DNA of 64,000 bases from an uncultured bacterium (GTDB taxonomy: Bacteria > Patescibacteriota > Minisyncoccia > Phycocordibacterales > UBA9973), in NCBI GenBank assembly GCA_903869825.1, contig CAIQAL010000016.1, positions 34,269 through 98,268 on the forward strand, read 5' to 3'. Shown in pieces: positions 38,569 to 48,349 of the stretch (its first letter is position 1; each line of letters opens with the position of its first letter). A program made the translations under genes and the position numbers. The notes below the pieces were generated by a model that was not told the DNA's origin, did no database searches, and saw only the letters and a list, made by a program, of their open reading frames with translations.

Positions 38569-40683
38569 TTAGCTTTTTGGTTTAAAGAAATCTTTATCTG
38601 CAGCTTTAATGGAAAGCGAGATTTTACCACTTTCCATATCAACTTTGAGTACTCGGACAGGCACAATCATCCCTTCTTTTACTACGTCTCGAACATCGTT
38701 CACTCGAAATGGTGCAAGTTCTGAAACATGCACCAACCCATCGGTAAAAGGATTCAGTCGGACAAAGGCTCCAAAGTCAGCGATTTTTACTACTTCACCT
38801 TGAAGAGTTTCACCAGGTTTATATTCGTGAGTCATTTCTTCCACCATTTTCTTGGCAATGCCGGCTGACTCTCCTACTCCGGTAAAGTAAACAGTTCCAT
38901 CATCTTCGACGGTAATTTCCGCTCCCGATTGAGCTTTAATGTCTTTAATTGTCTTTCCACCGGAACCGATCACCATTCCGATTTGATCCGGTTTGATTTT
39001 AATAATTAATATTTTTGGTGCATTCGGTGAGATGTCGGCACGAGGTTTGGCAATTTCTTTTTCAATTCTGTCCAAAATTGCAGTCCGAGCTTTGATGGAT
39101 TGAACCATCGCTTCGCCTAATATTTTTATTGGCACTCCTTCCACTTTTACGTCGAGCTGGATTGCAGTTATCCCTTCCCTCGTTCCGGCTACTTTGAAAT
39201 CCATATCTCCGTGATGATCTTCAGGTCCTTGAATGTCGGTTAGTATTTTATATTTTGCTTCACTCTCATACATTAGCCCCATCGCAATTCCGGCCACTGG
39301 TGCTTTAATAGGCACACCCGCGTCCATAAGAGCAAGCGAACTTGCACAGATAGATGCTTGAGAAGTGGAACCGTTCGATGCCATCGATTCAGAAACAATT
39401 CGGATAGTATACGGAAAATCTGCAATTTTTGGTAAGACCATCGCGAGTGCTTTTTCCGCCAAGGCCCCATGTCCAACTTCTCTCCGATTTGTAAATCCGG
39501 AACGTCCGGTTTCCCCGGCTGAGTATGGAGGGAAATTGTAATGGTGCATAAATCTTTTTTCAACTTTTAATTGAAGTCCATCCACCAAGTTTCTGTCTTC
39601 AGGTCCTCCGAGAGTTAGAACGGAAAGTACGTGAGTTCCTCCACGATAAAAAATTCCGGAACCATGCAAGATGCTGGAAATTCCTCCTGCTTGAGCAAAC
39701 AAATCACGCAAGCCATCCATCGCTCGGCCGTCGGCTCTTTTATTTTCATTGATTGCTTTTTCGTGCAACATTTTATTTTCAGTTCCGTCGAATAAATCAT
39801 CTTCGAGAGCAAAGTCTTCCCGGTCCGGATAGGTATCCTCCACCAATTTATTCCAAACATTATGAAGCTCATCGATTTTCTTTTTTCCAACACCAGCAAA
39901 AATAGCTGCTTCCATTTTTGGCAATATTTGTTCGTTAAAAAGTTTCACTGAATCAGCAGAAACTGTATCGATCTCTATCACTCTTTTTTCTTTCCCAATT
40001 TCTTTCGCAATTGCTTTTTGGAAATTTTCAAATTTTGTGATTTCTTCACTTGCTCGTTTTAAAGCTTCTTCTATTTCCTCTTCTTTTGTTTCATGGGCAG
40101 AAGCTTCAATCATATTAATGTTTCCGTCTTTCCCGCAAACCGTCAGGTCAAATTTATATTGCTCGTCCATTTCACGCAATTTCTGGGATGGATTGATTGT
40201 CAAATTGTCGGCGTCGTATTTTCCGATTCGAACACATCCGATTGGTCCCGCCCAAGGAATATTTGAAACCATAAGAGCGAGAGAGGCAGCGTTTACCGCC
40301 AAGATTGTCGGGTCATTATCATCGACTGAAATTACCGTTACAATTATCTGTACCGCGTGGCGCATTTTTTGGTCAAAAAGTGGACGCAAGGTTCGGTCAA
40401 TAACTCGACTAGCTAGAATCGCTGTCTCAGAAGGTCTTCCTTCTCGGCGAACAAAACGAGAACCCAAAATTTTTCCGGCAGCATAAAACTTCTCGGCATA
40501 GTCAACGGTCAAGTTGAAAAAGCCAAGTCCTTTTTGTTTGTCGTGAGACATGCAAGCCGTCGCCAACACTATCGTCTCCCCATATTTTAACATCACCGAT
40601 CCTTGAGCTTGTTCCGCCAAGTCAGTGAACATCGCGGTCAAAGTTTTGCCGCCGATTTCTACACTATATTCTTTTTTTTCCAT
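38569..40683 (-). CDS. pnp: Polynucleotide phosphorylase
   Basis: 704 aa with two RNase PH domains, a KH domain (GSGGKTIKDI) and an S1 domain (GEVVKIADFGAFVRL). Confidence 0.9.
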   Translation of the reverse strand: MEKKEYSVEIGGKTLTAMFTDLAEQAQGSVMLKYGETIVLATACMSHDKQKGLGFFNLTVDYAEKFYAAGKILGSRFVRREGRPSETAILASRVIDRTLRPLFDQKMRHAVQIIVTVISVDDNDPTILAVNAASLALMVSNIPWAGPIGCVRIGKYDADNLTINPSQKLREMDEQYKFDLTVCGKDGNINMIEASAHETKEEEIEEALKRASEEITKFENFQKAIAKEIGKEKRVIEIDTVSADSVKLFNEQILPKMEAAIFAGVGKKKIDELHNVWNKLVEDTYPDREDFALEDDLFDGTENKMLHEKAINENKRADGRAMDGLRDLFAQAGGISSILHGSGIFYRGGTHVLSVLTLGGPEDRNLVDGLQLKVEKRFMHHYNFPPYSAGETGRSGFTNRREVGHGALAEKALAMVLPKIADFPYTIRIVSESMASNGSTSQASICASSLALMDAGVPIKAPVAGIAMGLMYESEAKYKILTDIQGPEDHHGDMDFKVAGTREGITAIQLDVKVEGVPIKILGEAMVQSIKARTAILDRIEKEIAKPRADISPNAPKILIIKIKPDQIGMVIGSGGKTIKDIKAQSGAEITVEDDGTVYFTGVGESAGIAKKMVEEMTHEYKPGETLQGEVVKIADFGAFVRLNPFTDGLVHVSELAPFRVNDVRDVVKEGMIVPVRVLKVDMESGKISLSIKAADKDFFKPKS

Positions 40684-40874
40684 AATTTTTTACTCCGAGT
40701 GTAGTCGGGTTTTACCGAACACAATCGTGAGGGTTAGTTCATATTCAGACTGTAATATTGTTCCTGTCTTTATTGATTAACACTGTTAATCTGCATATAA
40801 AGATGAACACTACTATCTGTCTGAACACGAACAGATTAACTAATAAATTACTTGATAATATTAGCACTTTTAGG

Positions 40875-40915
40875 GGATAAGTAAAGCCGAAAGTTTTTTC
40901 CAACTTTACTTATCC
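40875..40915 (-). promoter_or_regulatory. 12-bp perfect stem-loop in the pnp upstream region (candidate RNase III / autoregulatory hairpin)
   Basis: GGATAAGTAAAG ... CTTTACTTATCC with a 17-nt loop. No flanking U-tract on either strand. Confidence 0.4.
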
Positions 40916-40935
40916 GTTAACCAAAATCAGACTAA

Positions 40936-41460
40936 CTATGTCCTTGGAGTAACTGCTGGAACTCCGATTAAAAACTTTCTTGGGTTTTCACAGAGGTCGA
41001 TAAAATCATCGGCAGCTTCACGCAGTTTTGAAGAAGTAGACTTCCCGAAAGAAATAACTTCGACTTGAGTCATTGTCTGCAAATATTGAACGAGCGGAAC
41101 AAAGTCCCCATCCCCAGAAACAATTACAATCGTATCGAGTCGCGGTGCGGTTTTAATCGCATCCACGGCAAGTCCTACATCCCAGTCCCCTTTTTTGGTT
41201 CCGGTATGAAAGATTTGCAAGTCTTTAGTTTTGGTTTCTATTCCAAGTTTTGTAAGTGCTTCAAAAAAATGTTTTTCATCGCCTGCTTCGGTCGTGATAA
41301 CGTACGCCACAGCGTGAACTAATTTTCTTCCGGCCACCGCTTCTTTAAGCACGGCGCCAAAATTTACTCTTGCTTTGTATAAATTACGAGCGGAGTGATA
41401 TAGATTTTGAGTATCAATAAAAACTCCGACTCTTTGTTCTTTATGTTTAATTACTGTCAT
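40936..41460 (-). CDS. NYN-domain (LabA/PIN-like) protein
   Basis: 174 aa with VGVFIDTQNLY ... DVGLAVDAI ... IVIVSGDGDFVPLV, matching the NYN/LabA family. Confidence 0.7.
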   Translation of the reverse strand: MTVIKHKEQRVGVFIDTQNLYHSARNLYKARVNFGAVLKEAVAGRKLVHAVAYVITTEAGDEKHFFEALTKLGIETKTKDLQIFHTGTKKGDWDVGLAVDAIKTAPRLDTIVIVSGDGDFVPLVQYLQTMTQVEVISFGKSTSSKLREAADDFIDLCENPRKFLIGVPAVTPRT

Positions 41461-41553
41461 AAAAATAAAAATATTAAGTTAATAAAATCGACCAATGCTA
41501 ATTATAGCATGCGGTTCTTTGGAATGTTTTACTAAGAGATAAGTCAAAAAATC

Positions 41554-41817
41554 TTAATCAAGATTCATTTTCTTCATGAGGGCATTGTAGCGAGCTTTGT
41601 CTTTTCGTTCCAAATATTTCAAGTGAGTCCTTCTGTCGGCCACCATCTTGATGAGCCCTCGACGGGAATGATTGTCTTTTTTGTGTTTCTTTAAGTGTTT
41701 GGTAAGTTCTGTAATCTGGACGGACAAAACTGCCACCTGAACCTCGGTCGAGCCTGTGTCTTTGTCGTGAACCTGATTTTTCTTGATAATTACCTGTTTT
41801 TTCTTAGTAGCTAACAT
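41554..41817 (-). CDS. rpsO: 30S ribosomal protein S15
   Basis: 87 aa with [13 protein letters not shown]...[18 protein letters not shown]. Confidence 0.9.
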   Translation of the reverse strand: MLATKKKQVIIKKNQVHDKDTGSTEVQVAVLSVQITELTKHLKKHKKDNHSRRGLIKMVADRRTHLKYLERKDKARYNALMKKMNLD

Positions 41818-41912
41818 ATTTATATCTTAGCATAAACCCATTAAAATTGCAAGCTGCCCACTTTCGGACCTATGTCGCACAATATTTTAATTAATTATGT
41901 TAAAATTAAAAA

Positions 41913-42842
41913 ATGGCAACCGAGATAGACACCTTAAAAAGAGAATTTTTGGAATACTTGGAAATCGAAAAAGGTTCAAGTTTAAATACTGTCGAAAATT
42001 ACGAAAGGTATCTTACTCGTTTTTTTGAATTTGCCCAAGAAAAAAATCAGCTAAAAAACGCAGACGGAATTACTGATTCTCTTGTCCGAGAATTTCGACT
42101 CTACTTAAATCGTCAATCAGCCGGCAACAACCGGGCAACTGGAAAAACCTTATCAAAAAAAACCCAAAACTATTACTTGATTGCCCTTCGGATGTTTTTA
42201 AAATATTTGACCAAACGAAATATCAAATCCATGCACGCTGATCAGATCGACCTGGCAAAAGTTTCCGAACGCTCGCTTGACCTCATTACCGGAATGGAAC
42301 TCTCGAAACTTTTGAAGGCACCCGATGGCTCAGATATTAAATCTGTCCGCGACAAAGCAATCCTAGAACTTTTATTCTCAACTGGTTTGCGAGTGTCAGA
42401 ACTTTGCTCCCTTACGAATGATTTAGATTTGTCCGCAGATGAATTTTCAATCCGCGGAAAAGGTGGAAAGGTCCGAGTTGTTTTTATGTCAGAAGAAGCT
42501 CGCAGTGCAATAAAAAAATATCTGGTTCTCCGAAAAGATATGGCTGATGCTCTTTTTGTTCAAGTCGGAAACGAAGTATTAAAAAAAGAAAGCAAGCCTC
42601 TAACTCGAAGATCAATTGAGAGAATTGTGAAACAATATGCCATCAAGGCTGGAATTTCAAAAAAAGTTACCCCGCACATTATCCGACACTGTTTTGCCAC
42701 TGACTTACTTTCAAATGGCGCCGACATCCGAAGCGTCCAAATGATGCTCGGCCACTCTAACATCGCCACCACCCAGATTTATACCCACGTGACAGACAAG
42801 CAATTATTAGATGTCCACAAAAAGTTTCACTCAAAAAAATAG
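41913..42842 (+). CDS. Tyrosine recombinase, XerC/XerD family
   Basis: 309 aa. N-terminal core-binding domain (FLEYLEIEKGSSLNTVENYERYL). C-terminal catalytic R..HxxR..Y (HIIRHCFAT...LGHSNIATTQIYTHV). Confidence 0.75.
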   Translation: MATEIDTLKREFLEYLEIEKGSSLNTVENYERYLTRFFEFAQEKNQLKNADGITDSLVREFRLYLNRQSAGNNRATGKTLSKKTQNYYLIALRMFLKYLTKRNIKSMHADQIDLAKVSERSLDLITGMELSKLLKAPDGSDIKSVRDKAILELLFSTGLRVSELCSLTNDLDLSADEFSIRGKGGKVRVVFMSEEARSAIKKYLVLRKDMADALFVQVGNEVLKKESKPLTRRSIERIVKQYAIKAGISKKVTPHIIRHCFATDLLSNGADIRSVQMMLGHSNIATTQIYTHVTDKQLLDVHKKFHSKK

Positions 42843-42848
42843 CCATGT

Positions 42849-44528
42849 TTAATAGTTGGGAAGATTAATGTCTTTTCCACCAACAGAAAGACTGTAGGCT
42901 AATGGCTCACCTCCAGACTTTATTTGGTCAGTTTTACTGAAACCGAAACTTATTTGTTCGGTATCGTCTACGTGAATTTTTTTTACATCCACTTCTTCGT
43001 TGTTGATATCGTCATATCTTTGGACGTAGGCCTTTGAACTTGCTGCCAATTTTTCAAATTTTTTCTTTAATGAATAAAATGCTCCACCATCTTTTGTAAA
43101 GTTTTTTACCAAACCATCTAAGCTAAGTTCCGCTACGCCGGTTTTTCCATTTTCACCGTGGTAGTAAAGTAAGAAAACTACATCTACCCCTTTTGTTTTA
43201 GAGAGTTCTTTCATTTCCACCAACTTGTTATAGGAAACATCGTGCAAAGATTCATCTGTATTTACCAATATGAGTCTTTTGTCATCCGGGCTCTTCTGGG
43301 AATTATATTTTTTTAAAACTTCAATAGTGCAACTGATTGGTTTTTCTCTATTGCCACCGTTGTTAGGTATTTTTTGAAGGCTAACCGCTCCTTTTTTCAT
43401 ATCTTCCGCCTTACTGTAATGACTGACTTGGTCAGAGTATGCGGCACTTGAAACTATTGTCCCCTCTGAATAACGATCTATCATATTTTTTGCCATTTCT
43501 TGTTTTGCCACTGCCATAGAAGGACTATTGTCCATTAAAATAAAAATATCTTTATATTTTTCGAATACTGGTATATTACTTTTCTCAATGATTATAGGCG
43601 GTGTCCCGGGAATAAGCACGACTGGTTTGCTTGGAACTGGTTTTATGTCTTCCTCTTCCGCCATAAGATTAACTTTTACATATCGACAACTTTCAAGCAA
43701 CTTAAGGTATTTTTCTGAATCTTCTTTTTTCATTTTTTCTATTTCTGATTCGGTATAGTTTTCTCCGGTCGTAGGATTTTTTAAATCCGTTAGGTAGGTC
43801 ACCCCTTTCTCCGAACCATTTTTACTCTCCGCAATAATATGTTTAAAATTTTTATTTTTTAGGGTCTTTATTTGTTCTTCGGTAAGTCCTGAATGGGAAA
43901 AATCATGTTCACTAATTTCCTGTTTTATTATTTTTTCGCCCATTTCAACTCTGGCATTACTCAATTCATAATTTCCTCCCGACCATTTATTGGTCAGTCT
44001 TTCATCGCTAGAAGCATATATTTCCCAAGGATGCTGCATTAAATCATCAAAGTTTACTGGATTGATGTGACTAAGAAAATCACTTACCATTTGCTTAATC
44101 CCTTCCGCGTGGGCATCAGAAATATCAGCTTTGTCAGTTTCATAGCTGTTGCTCAAGTCCAACTTGGCGATATTAGCCATTTGTTCCGGACTAGCCTCCG
44201 CCGGATTATATGGCTCTAGATTGAAAGTTTTTTCATCACCCCCCTTCAACTTTTTTTCGATACCCACTTCCGTATTAAATTTTTTTGTATCCGAAACAGG
44301 CTTACTTGGTCCAGCGGCCTGAGCTTGTGACGCAAATTTTAAAAACAATATCACAGCAACAAATATTACCCTCCCTTTTTTGCTCCGAACCCAATTTATA
44401 TACCGGTTATTGCTTCTATAGCTTGCTGCTTCTTTCTCCCCCAAAAATCCGTCAATGGTATCGTTAAACTCCTTAATTTCCTGTGGAGAATTCTCTATAT
44501 CTTCTACATTATTTGAATAAAATTCCAT
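42849..44528 (-). CDS. Membrane-anchored protein with a C-terminal von Willebrand factor A-like domain
   Basis: 559 aa. N-terminal transmembrane segment. MIDAS-like DNSPSM (DxSxS) followed by ...LILVNTDES. Confidence 0.45.
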   Translation of the reverse strand: MEFYSNNVEDIENSPQEIKEFNDTIDGFLGEKEAASYRSNNRYINWVRSKKGRVIFVAVILFLKFASQAQAAGPSKPVSDTKKFNTEVGIEKKLKGGDEKTFNLEPYNPAEASPEQMANIAKLDLSNSYETDKADISDAHAEGIKQMVSDFLSHINPVNFDDLMQHPWEIYASSDERLTNKWSGGNYELSNARVEMGEKIIKQEISEHDFSHSGLTEEQIKTLKNKNFKHIIAESKNGSEKGVTYLTDLKNPTTGENYTESEIEKMKKEDSEKYLKLLESCRYVKVNLMAEEEDIKPVPSKPVVLIPGTPPIIIEKSNIPVFEKYKDIFILMDNSPSMAVAKQEMAKNMIDRYSEGTIVSSAAYSDQVSHYSKAEDMKKGAVSLQKIPNNGGNREKPISCTIEVLKKYNSQKSPDDKRLILVNTDESLHDVSYNKLVEMKELSKTKGVDVVFLLYYHGENGKTGVAELSLDGLVKNFTKDGGAFYSLKKKFEKLAASSKAYVQRYDDINNEEVDVKKIHVDDTEQISFGFSKTDQIKSGGEPLAYSLSVGGKDINLPNY

Positions 44529-44599
44529 CTATTTATTATACCACCCATTAGAATAAGTATTAAAATGGTTGTTTAAGGACATTGTGATATTATTATTAT

Positions 44600-45364
44600 A
44601 TGAAAATCATTTCTTGGAACGTAAATGGCCTAAGGGCAGTAGTCAAAAGAGGAGACTTTTTACCTTTATTCAAAGGTAGTCCTGATATTGTCTGCCTACA
44701 AGAAACCAAAGCCGAACCGGAACAATTGCCTGAAGATGTTCGAAACTTGCCTGGCTACTATTGTTATTTTTCGCATCCAAAAATCAAGAAAGGTTACAGC
44801 GGTGTAGCGATTTATTCAAAAGAAAAACCCAAAGAAATCCTCTATGGGATGGGAGTGAAAAAACTAGACGACGAAGGAAGGCTCTTAGTTGTTAAATTTA
44901 AAAACTTTACTTTAATAAACGGCTATTACCCGAACGGCGGACAAGGACCGGAGCGTTTGAAATATAAATTGGAATTCTATGAGGCATTCTTAAAATTTAT
45001 TAAAAAACTTCGCAAGAATGGCGAACACGTTATCTTTTGCGGTGACATAAATACAGCTCACACAGAAATAGACCTTGCCCGACCAAAAGAAAATGCAGAA
45101 AACACTGGTTTCCTGCCGATTGAACGTGCTTGGCTTGATAAAGTAGTCAAAAATGATTTCGTGGATACTTTTCGAAAATTTTATCCAGAGAAAGTTGATG
45201 CTTATACTTATTGGGACCAAAAATCCCGTGCCCGAGACCGAAACGTCGGCTGGCGTATTGATTATTTTTTTGTAAGTAAAGAAATAATCCCAAAAATTAA
45301 AAACACCGGAATACTCTCCGACTATTACGGGAGCGACCATTGCCCTATTTGGTTGGAAATGTAG
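44600..45364 (+). CDS. xth: Exodeoxyribonuclease III (AP endonuclease)
   Basis: 254 aa. Begins [13 protein letters not shown]. Carries EEP-family motifs (GDINTAH, SDHCP). Confidence 0.85.
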   Translation: MKIISWNVNGLRAVVKRGDFLPLFKGSPDIVCLQETKAEPEQLPEDVRNLPGYYCYFSHPKIKKGYSGVAIYSKEKPKEILYGMGVKKLDDEGRLLVVKFKNFTLINGYYPNGGQGPERLKYKLEFYEAFLKFIKKLRKNGEHVIFCGDINTAHTEIDLARPKENAENTGFLPIERAWLDKVVKNDFVDTFRKFYPEKVDAYTYWDQKSRARDRNVGWRIDYFFVSKEIIPKIKNTGILSDYYGSDHCPIWLEM

Positions 45365-45375
45365 AATAGGAGGAT

Positions 45376-45457
45376 GCCGTGGTGGCGGAATTGGTATACG
45401 CGTACGCTTCAGGAGCGTATGGAGTAATCCTTGGGAGTTCAAGTCTCCCCCACGGCA
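45376..45457 (+). tRNA. tRNA-Leu (anticodon CAG)
   Basis: Manual fold: acceptor GCCGTGG/CCACGGC, 3-bp D stem, anticodon stem TACGC/GCGTA with loop TTCAGGA, 13-nt variable arm, T arm GGGAG-TTCAAGT-CTCCC, discriminator A. No encoded CCA. Confidence 0.75.
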
Positions 45458-45485
45458 CAAAAAAAGTTCGTGTTATACTACTTAG

Positions 45486-46160
45486 ATGAATATCAAAAAA
45501 AGTAAAGCGATATTTTTTATCATTATTCTAATTTTTATTATTGTTGGTCTCGGGAAAAATATTTTTGCCGCTGCACTTCCAAATATCTATCCTCCATATA
45601 ACAACAACAGTAACTATTACCCTAGCAGTTATCCTTTGGTTATAACCCAAAATGCGCTAACTGTATTGAAAACTGGGGCCACCTTGGTGGCTTCAATAAA
45701 TCCAAACAACTCTTACACTATCGGATGGTTTGAGTACAGCACTTCCCCAAATTTTTACCCGACAATTCGAACAGATGACACTTCTGCTGGTGCGACAAAT
45801 TATTATTCAACTATTTCTCAAAGCCTAAACAATCTATTATCAAATACCACTTATTACTTTCGGGCGGTAGCCCGAAATAATTCGGGCACAGCCAGAGGAA
45901 ATATCTATTCCTTTACAACGCAAAAACAAGATACCTTAACAACGACCACTCCGACAACCACAAATCTTCCCACAGTGGAACCTCAAACTACAACAAAACA
46001 ACCTGAAGCAGTTAAGCCAGCGACCACAAAAAAACCAACCCCAAGCCTAAATATTCCCAAAATAAATATTTCTAAAAATACTCTTCTTGTTTTTTTGGGA
46101 ATAATAGTATTTATTATTCTAATCGGCTACCTTTTTGCCAAAAATCGAGGAAGGCATTAA
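45486..46160 (+). CDS. Cell-surface protein with an FN3-like domain, Thr-rich stalk and C-terminal transmembrane anchor
   Basis: 224 aa. Signal/transmembrane N-terminus. Beta-sandwich signature ...TTYYFRAVARNNSGTARGNIYSFTT. A TTTPTTT linker. Terminal hydrophobic helix plus KNRGRH. Confidence 0.5.
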   Translation: MNIKKSKAIFFIIILIFIIVGLGKNIFAAALPNIYPPYNNNSNYYPSSYPLVITQNALTVLKTGATLVASINPNNSYTIGWFEYSTSPNFYPTIRTDDTSAGATNYYSTISQSLNNLLSNTTYYFRAVARNNSGTARGNIYSFTTQKQDTLTTTTPTTTNLPTVEPQTTTKQPEAVKPATTKKPTPSLNIPKINISKNTLLVFLGIIVFIILIGYLFAKNRGRH

Positions 46161-46166
46161 AATAAT

Positions 46167-46934
46167 TTATTTTTGAAATTGTCTGGCGCCAAGCCAGGCA
46201 AGCTCAAAGACTTTTTTTTGTGCGTCGGCAATTTCTTTACTCTCCACGAGTACCGCAAACTTTTCTTTCCAGGAAACAATCAAAACTTTGTCGTTATATA
46301 TATTCGTCTCAGTGGTAAAATAAAATTTATCTCTCGGAACTACGTAAGATTCTCGTAATTCTTCTCTATCACGAGCCGTAACCTTTAAAGTGTCAGGATC
46401 ATCTGGGGCAATCACCCGCACTTTGATATTTTTTGCCACACGCCTTTTAAAATAATCTCTCAAATATTCCTCCCCCACCGCAGTAAAAGCATCTGCCCCA
46501 ACCGCGTAGCCCACAATTTCTATTTTGGCAGAGAGCGTATCATTAAATGCCTCCTTTACTCTTTCAACTCCCTCAAAAAATTTTATTTTTGGTTTTTCTT
46601 TTTCATTAAATACTGAAAAAAGCTCTGGCAAAAGATCATATGCTTTTTTTAATTTCTCCTTGCCTTGTTTTATTTTATTTTCCAAAAAAACTATCACTTT
46701 GTCCGGGTTTTCAGCTACATATTTTTGTATTTTTGCGTCTCCGAGTGGATTTACTAGCCCATCATTTACCAAAGACTCCAAAATGTCATACCCGGTTGTA
46801 CGATTTATTTTTGCCACCCGTGAAATCTCAGAGGTAGTAGCAGGTCCAAGCTCAAGCAAGGCCAAATACACACTCGCCTCTTTGTCACTAAAACCTAATT
46901 CAGTTAATTGATTTTTCGCTATGATATACCCCAA
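46167..46934 (-). CDS. TrmB-family transcriptional regulator
   Basis: 255 aa. N-terminal TrmB winged HTH (LGFSDKEASVYLALLELGPATTSEISRVAKINRTTGYDILESLVNDGLV). Confidence 0.65.
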   Translation of the reverse strand: MGYIIAKNQLTELGFSDKEASVYLALLELGPATTSEISRVAKINRTTGYDILESLVNDGLVNPLGDAKIQKYVAENPDKVIVFLENKIKQGKEKLKKAYDLLPELFSVFNEKEKPKIKFFEGVERVKEAFNDTLSAKIEIVGYAVGADAFTAVGEEYLRDYFKRRVAKNIKVRVIAPDDPDTLKVTARDREELRESYVVPRDKFYFTTETNIYNDKVLIVSWKEKFAVLVESKEIADAQKKVFELAWLGARQFQK

Positions 46935-47053
46935 TTATACTCTTTTTTGTGTTTGTGTCAATCTTTTTCCACATTTTTTATCCAAAATATATTTATATAT
47001 TAAGGCCTGCATTTGAAATAGCAAGATTTATAAGTATTTTTTGTGGAACTAAA

Positions 47054-47082
47054 TTGACAAGCCCTTTACATTTTGCTATAAT
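47054..47082 (+). promoter_or_regulatory. Consensus sigma70 promoter for the radical SAM gene
   Basis: TTGACA, an exact 17-nt spacer, then TATAAT. Confidence 0.6.
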
Positions 47083-47125
47083 GTTGTCAGATAAATAAAG
47101 TTATTCACAACCAAACAAAAGAAAT

Positions 47126-47971
47126 ATGGAAACCATGCAATTAGTCAGTTCGATGTACCCGTGTCAAGATGTACCGGTCTTGGTGTTTCGACAAAGATGC
47201 ACTCACCCATGTTTATATTGCGGACTTTATAAATATCAATTCCCCGAGGATAAAATCATTACTTCAGGAAGAGATAACATCGTCCGTGAGATGAGCAAAT
47301 ACAAAGGAGCATACTTTTCTCCTGTAACTGATTGTTTCTTGCCAGAAAATTGTGAACTCACACATTATCTCTTGGAAGAAACATGGAAAATGAGTCCCAG
47401 ATGGGTCCCCTTGGTTAATACAAAGCAGATGATTCCTGAAAAAACAATCGAGTTGTTTGCACGTAAAAGTCACGAATTGGTTTTGCAAATCTCAATTCCA
47501 TCTTCTGATGAAGAACTTGTTTCTATCTTGGAGCCTGGATCTGCATTTGTTTCTAAAAGATTGGGAATGATAAAGGAACTAACGACAGCAGGAATCCCTG
47601 TAATTGTAACCATCATGCCTTGGTTTGATTTTGGCAAACCAGAAGAGCTAGCAAAAAAATTATCCAATGCTGGAGTAAAAAGAACACTCATCTTGAATGG
47701 AATTCTCACTGAAACACAACGGAAGAGGATGATTAATTCAGTTAATATGCAGATAAAATCTGTCGCTGAATCTGTCTGTTTTGTAAAAGAGGCAACCGAA
47801 AACGGATACGTACTGTCCAGGGAAAGAAGAATCAAGTCTCTAACACAATTAATTGACACCCTTACCCGATTTGGGATACTTGCCAGGGTTTGCATTTGCG
47901 ACAATCATGACTTGGGTGATACTAAATTACCATTATGCGGAAAATTCAAACATCATAACTTTGAAAACTAA
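47126..47971 (+). CDS. Radical SAM protein, SplB/DNA-photolyase-like family (tentative)
   Basis: 281 aa. CTHPCLYCGLY equals the C-x3-C-x-Y-C cluster, resembling the CTHxCxYCY motif of spore-photoproduct-lyase-like proteins. Confidence 0.5.
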   Translation: METMQLVSSMYPCQDVPVLVFRQRCTHPCLYCGLYKYQFPEDKIITSGRDNIVREMSKYKGAYFSPVTDCFLPENCELTHYLLEETWKMSPRWVPLVNTKQMIPEKTIELFARKSHELVLQISIPSSDEELVSILEPGSAFVSKRLGMIKELTTAGIPVIVTIMPWFDFGKPEELAKKLSNAGVKRTLILNGILTETQRKRMINSVNMQIKSVAESVCFVKEATENGYVLSRERRIKSLTQLIDTLTRFGILARVCICDNHDLGDTKLPLCGKFKHHNFEN

Positions 47972-47976
47972 AACTT

Positions 47977-48303
47977 ATGGCAACATTTTTTATTTTTTAC
48001 GGATTAATTGAAGCAGCAAACTCTTGGTACATTTATGTTTGCAGAAAGAAAAATATGTACAATCTTTATGTAACATTTATTTGGGGCATGAGCTTCGTAT
48101 TGGTTGGCTTAATCGAGATACATCACTTACACCGACCTTGGAACATTCTGGCTTATACATTGTTTGGACTAACTTGGTTCCCAATGATGTTTACTCCTTG
48201 TGGGGTATCAATCTTTCGGATAGACAAAACAACAATGTTTATCCGAAAAATTATATTCCTTATTATCGGAGTTTCTCAATTTCTTTATGTTTATTTTATG
48301 TAA
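47977..48303 (+). CDS. Small hypothetical membrane protein
   Basis: 108 aa with 3 transmembrane segments. Immediately follows the radical SAM gene. Confidence 0.4.
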   Translation: MATFFIFYGLIEAANSWYIYVCRKKNMYNLYVTFIWGMSFVLVGLIEIHHLHRPWNILAYTLFGLTWFPMMFTPCGVSIFRIDKTTMFIRKIIFLIIGVSQFLYVYFM

Positions 48304-48310
48304 TTCAAAA

Positions 48311-48345
48311 AGAGAAGATCCCGTAAGATCTCTTCTCTTTTTTTA
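48311..48345. terminator. Bidirectional terminator between convergent genes
   Basis: Imperfect stem AGAAGATC ... GATCTCTTCT followed by T7. Confidence 0.5.
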
Positions 48346-48349
48346 TTTC

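Noticed and set aside
41913-45457. Tyrosine recombinase gene with tRNA-Leu 2.5 kb away looked like a possible integrated island bounded by integrase and tRNA
   Set aside because: The recombinase has a XerD-like core-binding N-terminus. The intervening genes (a vWA protein and exonuclease III) are ordinary chromosomal genes. No direct repeat of the tRNA 3-prime end was seen. It is more likely a chromosomal Xer recombinase.
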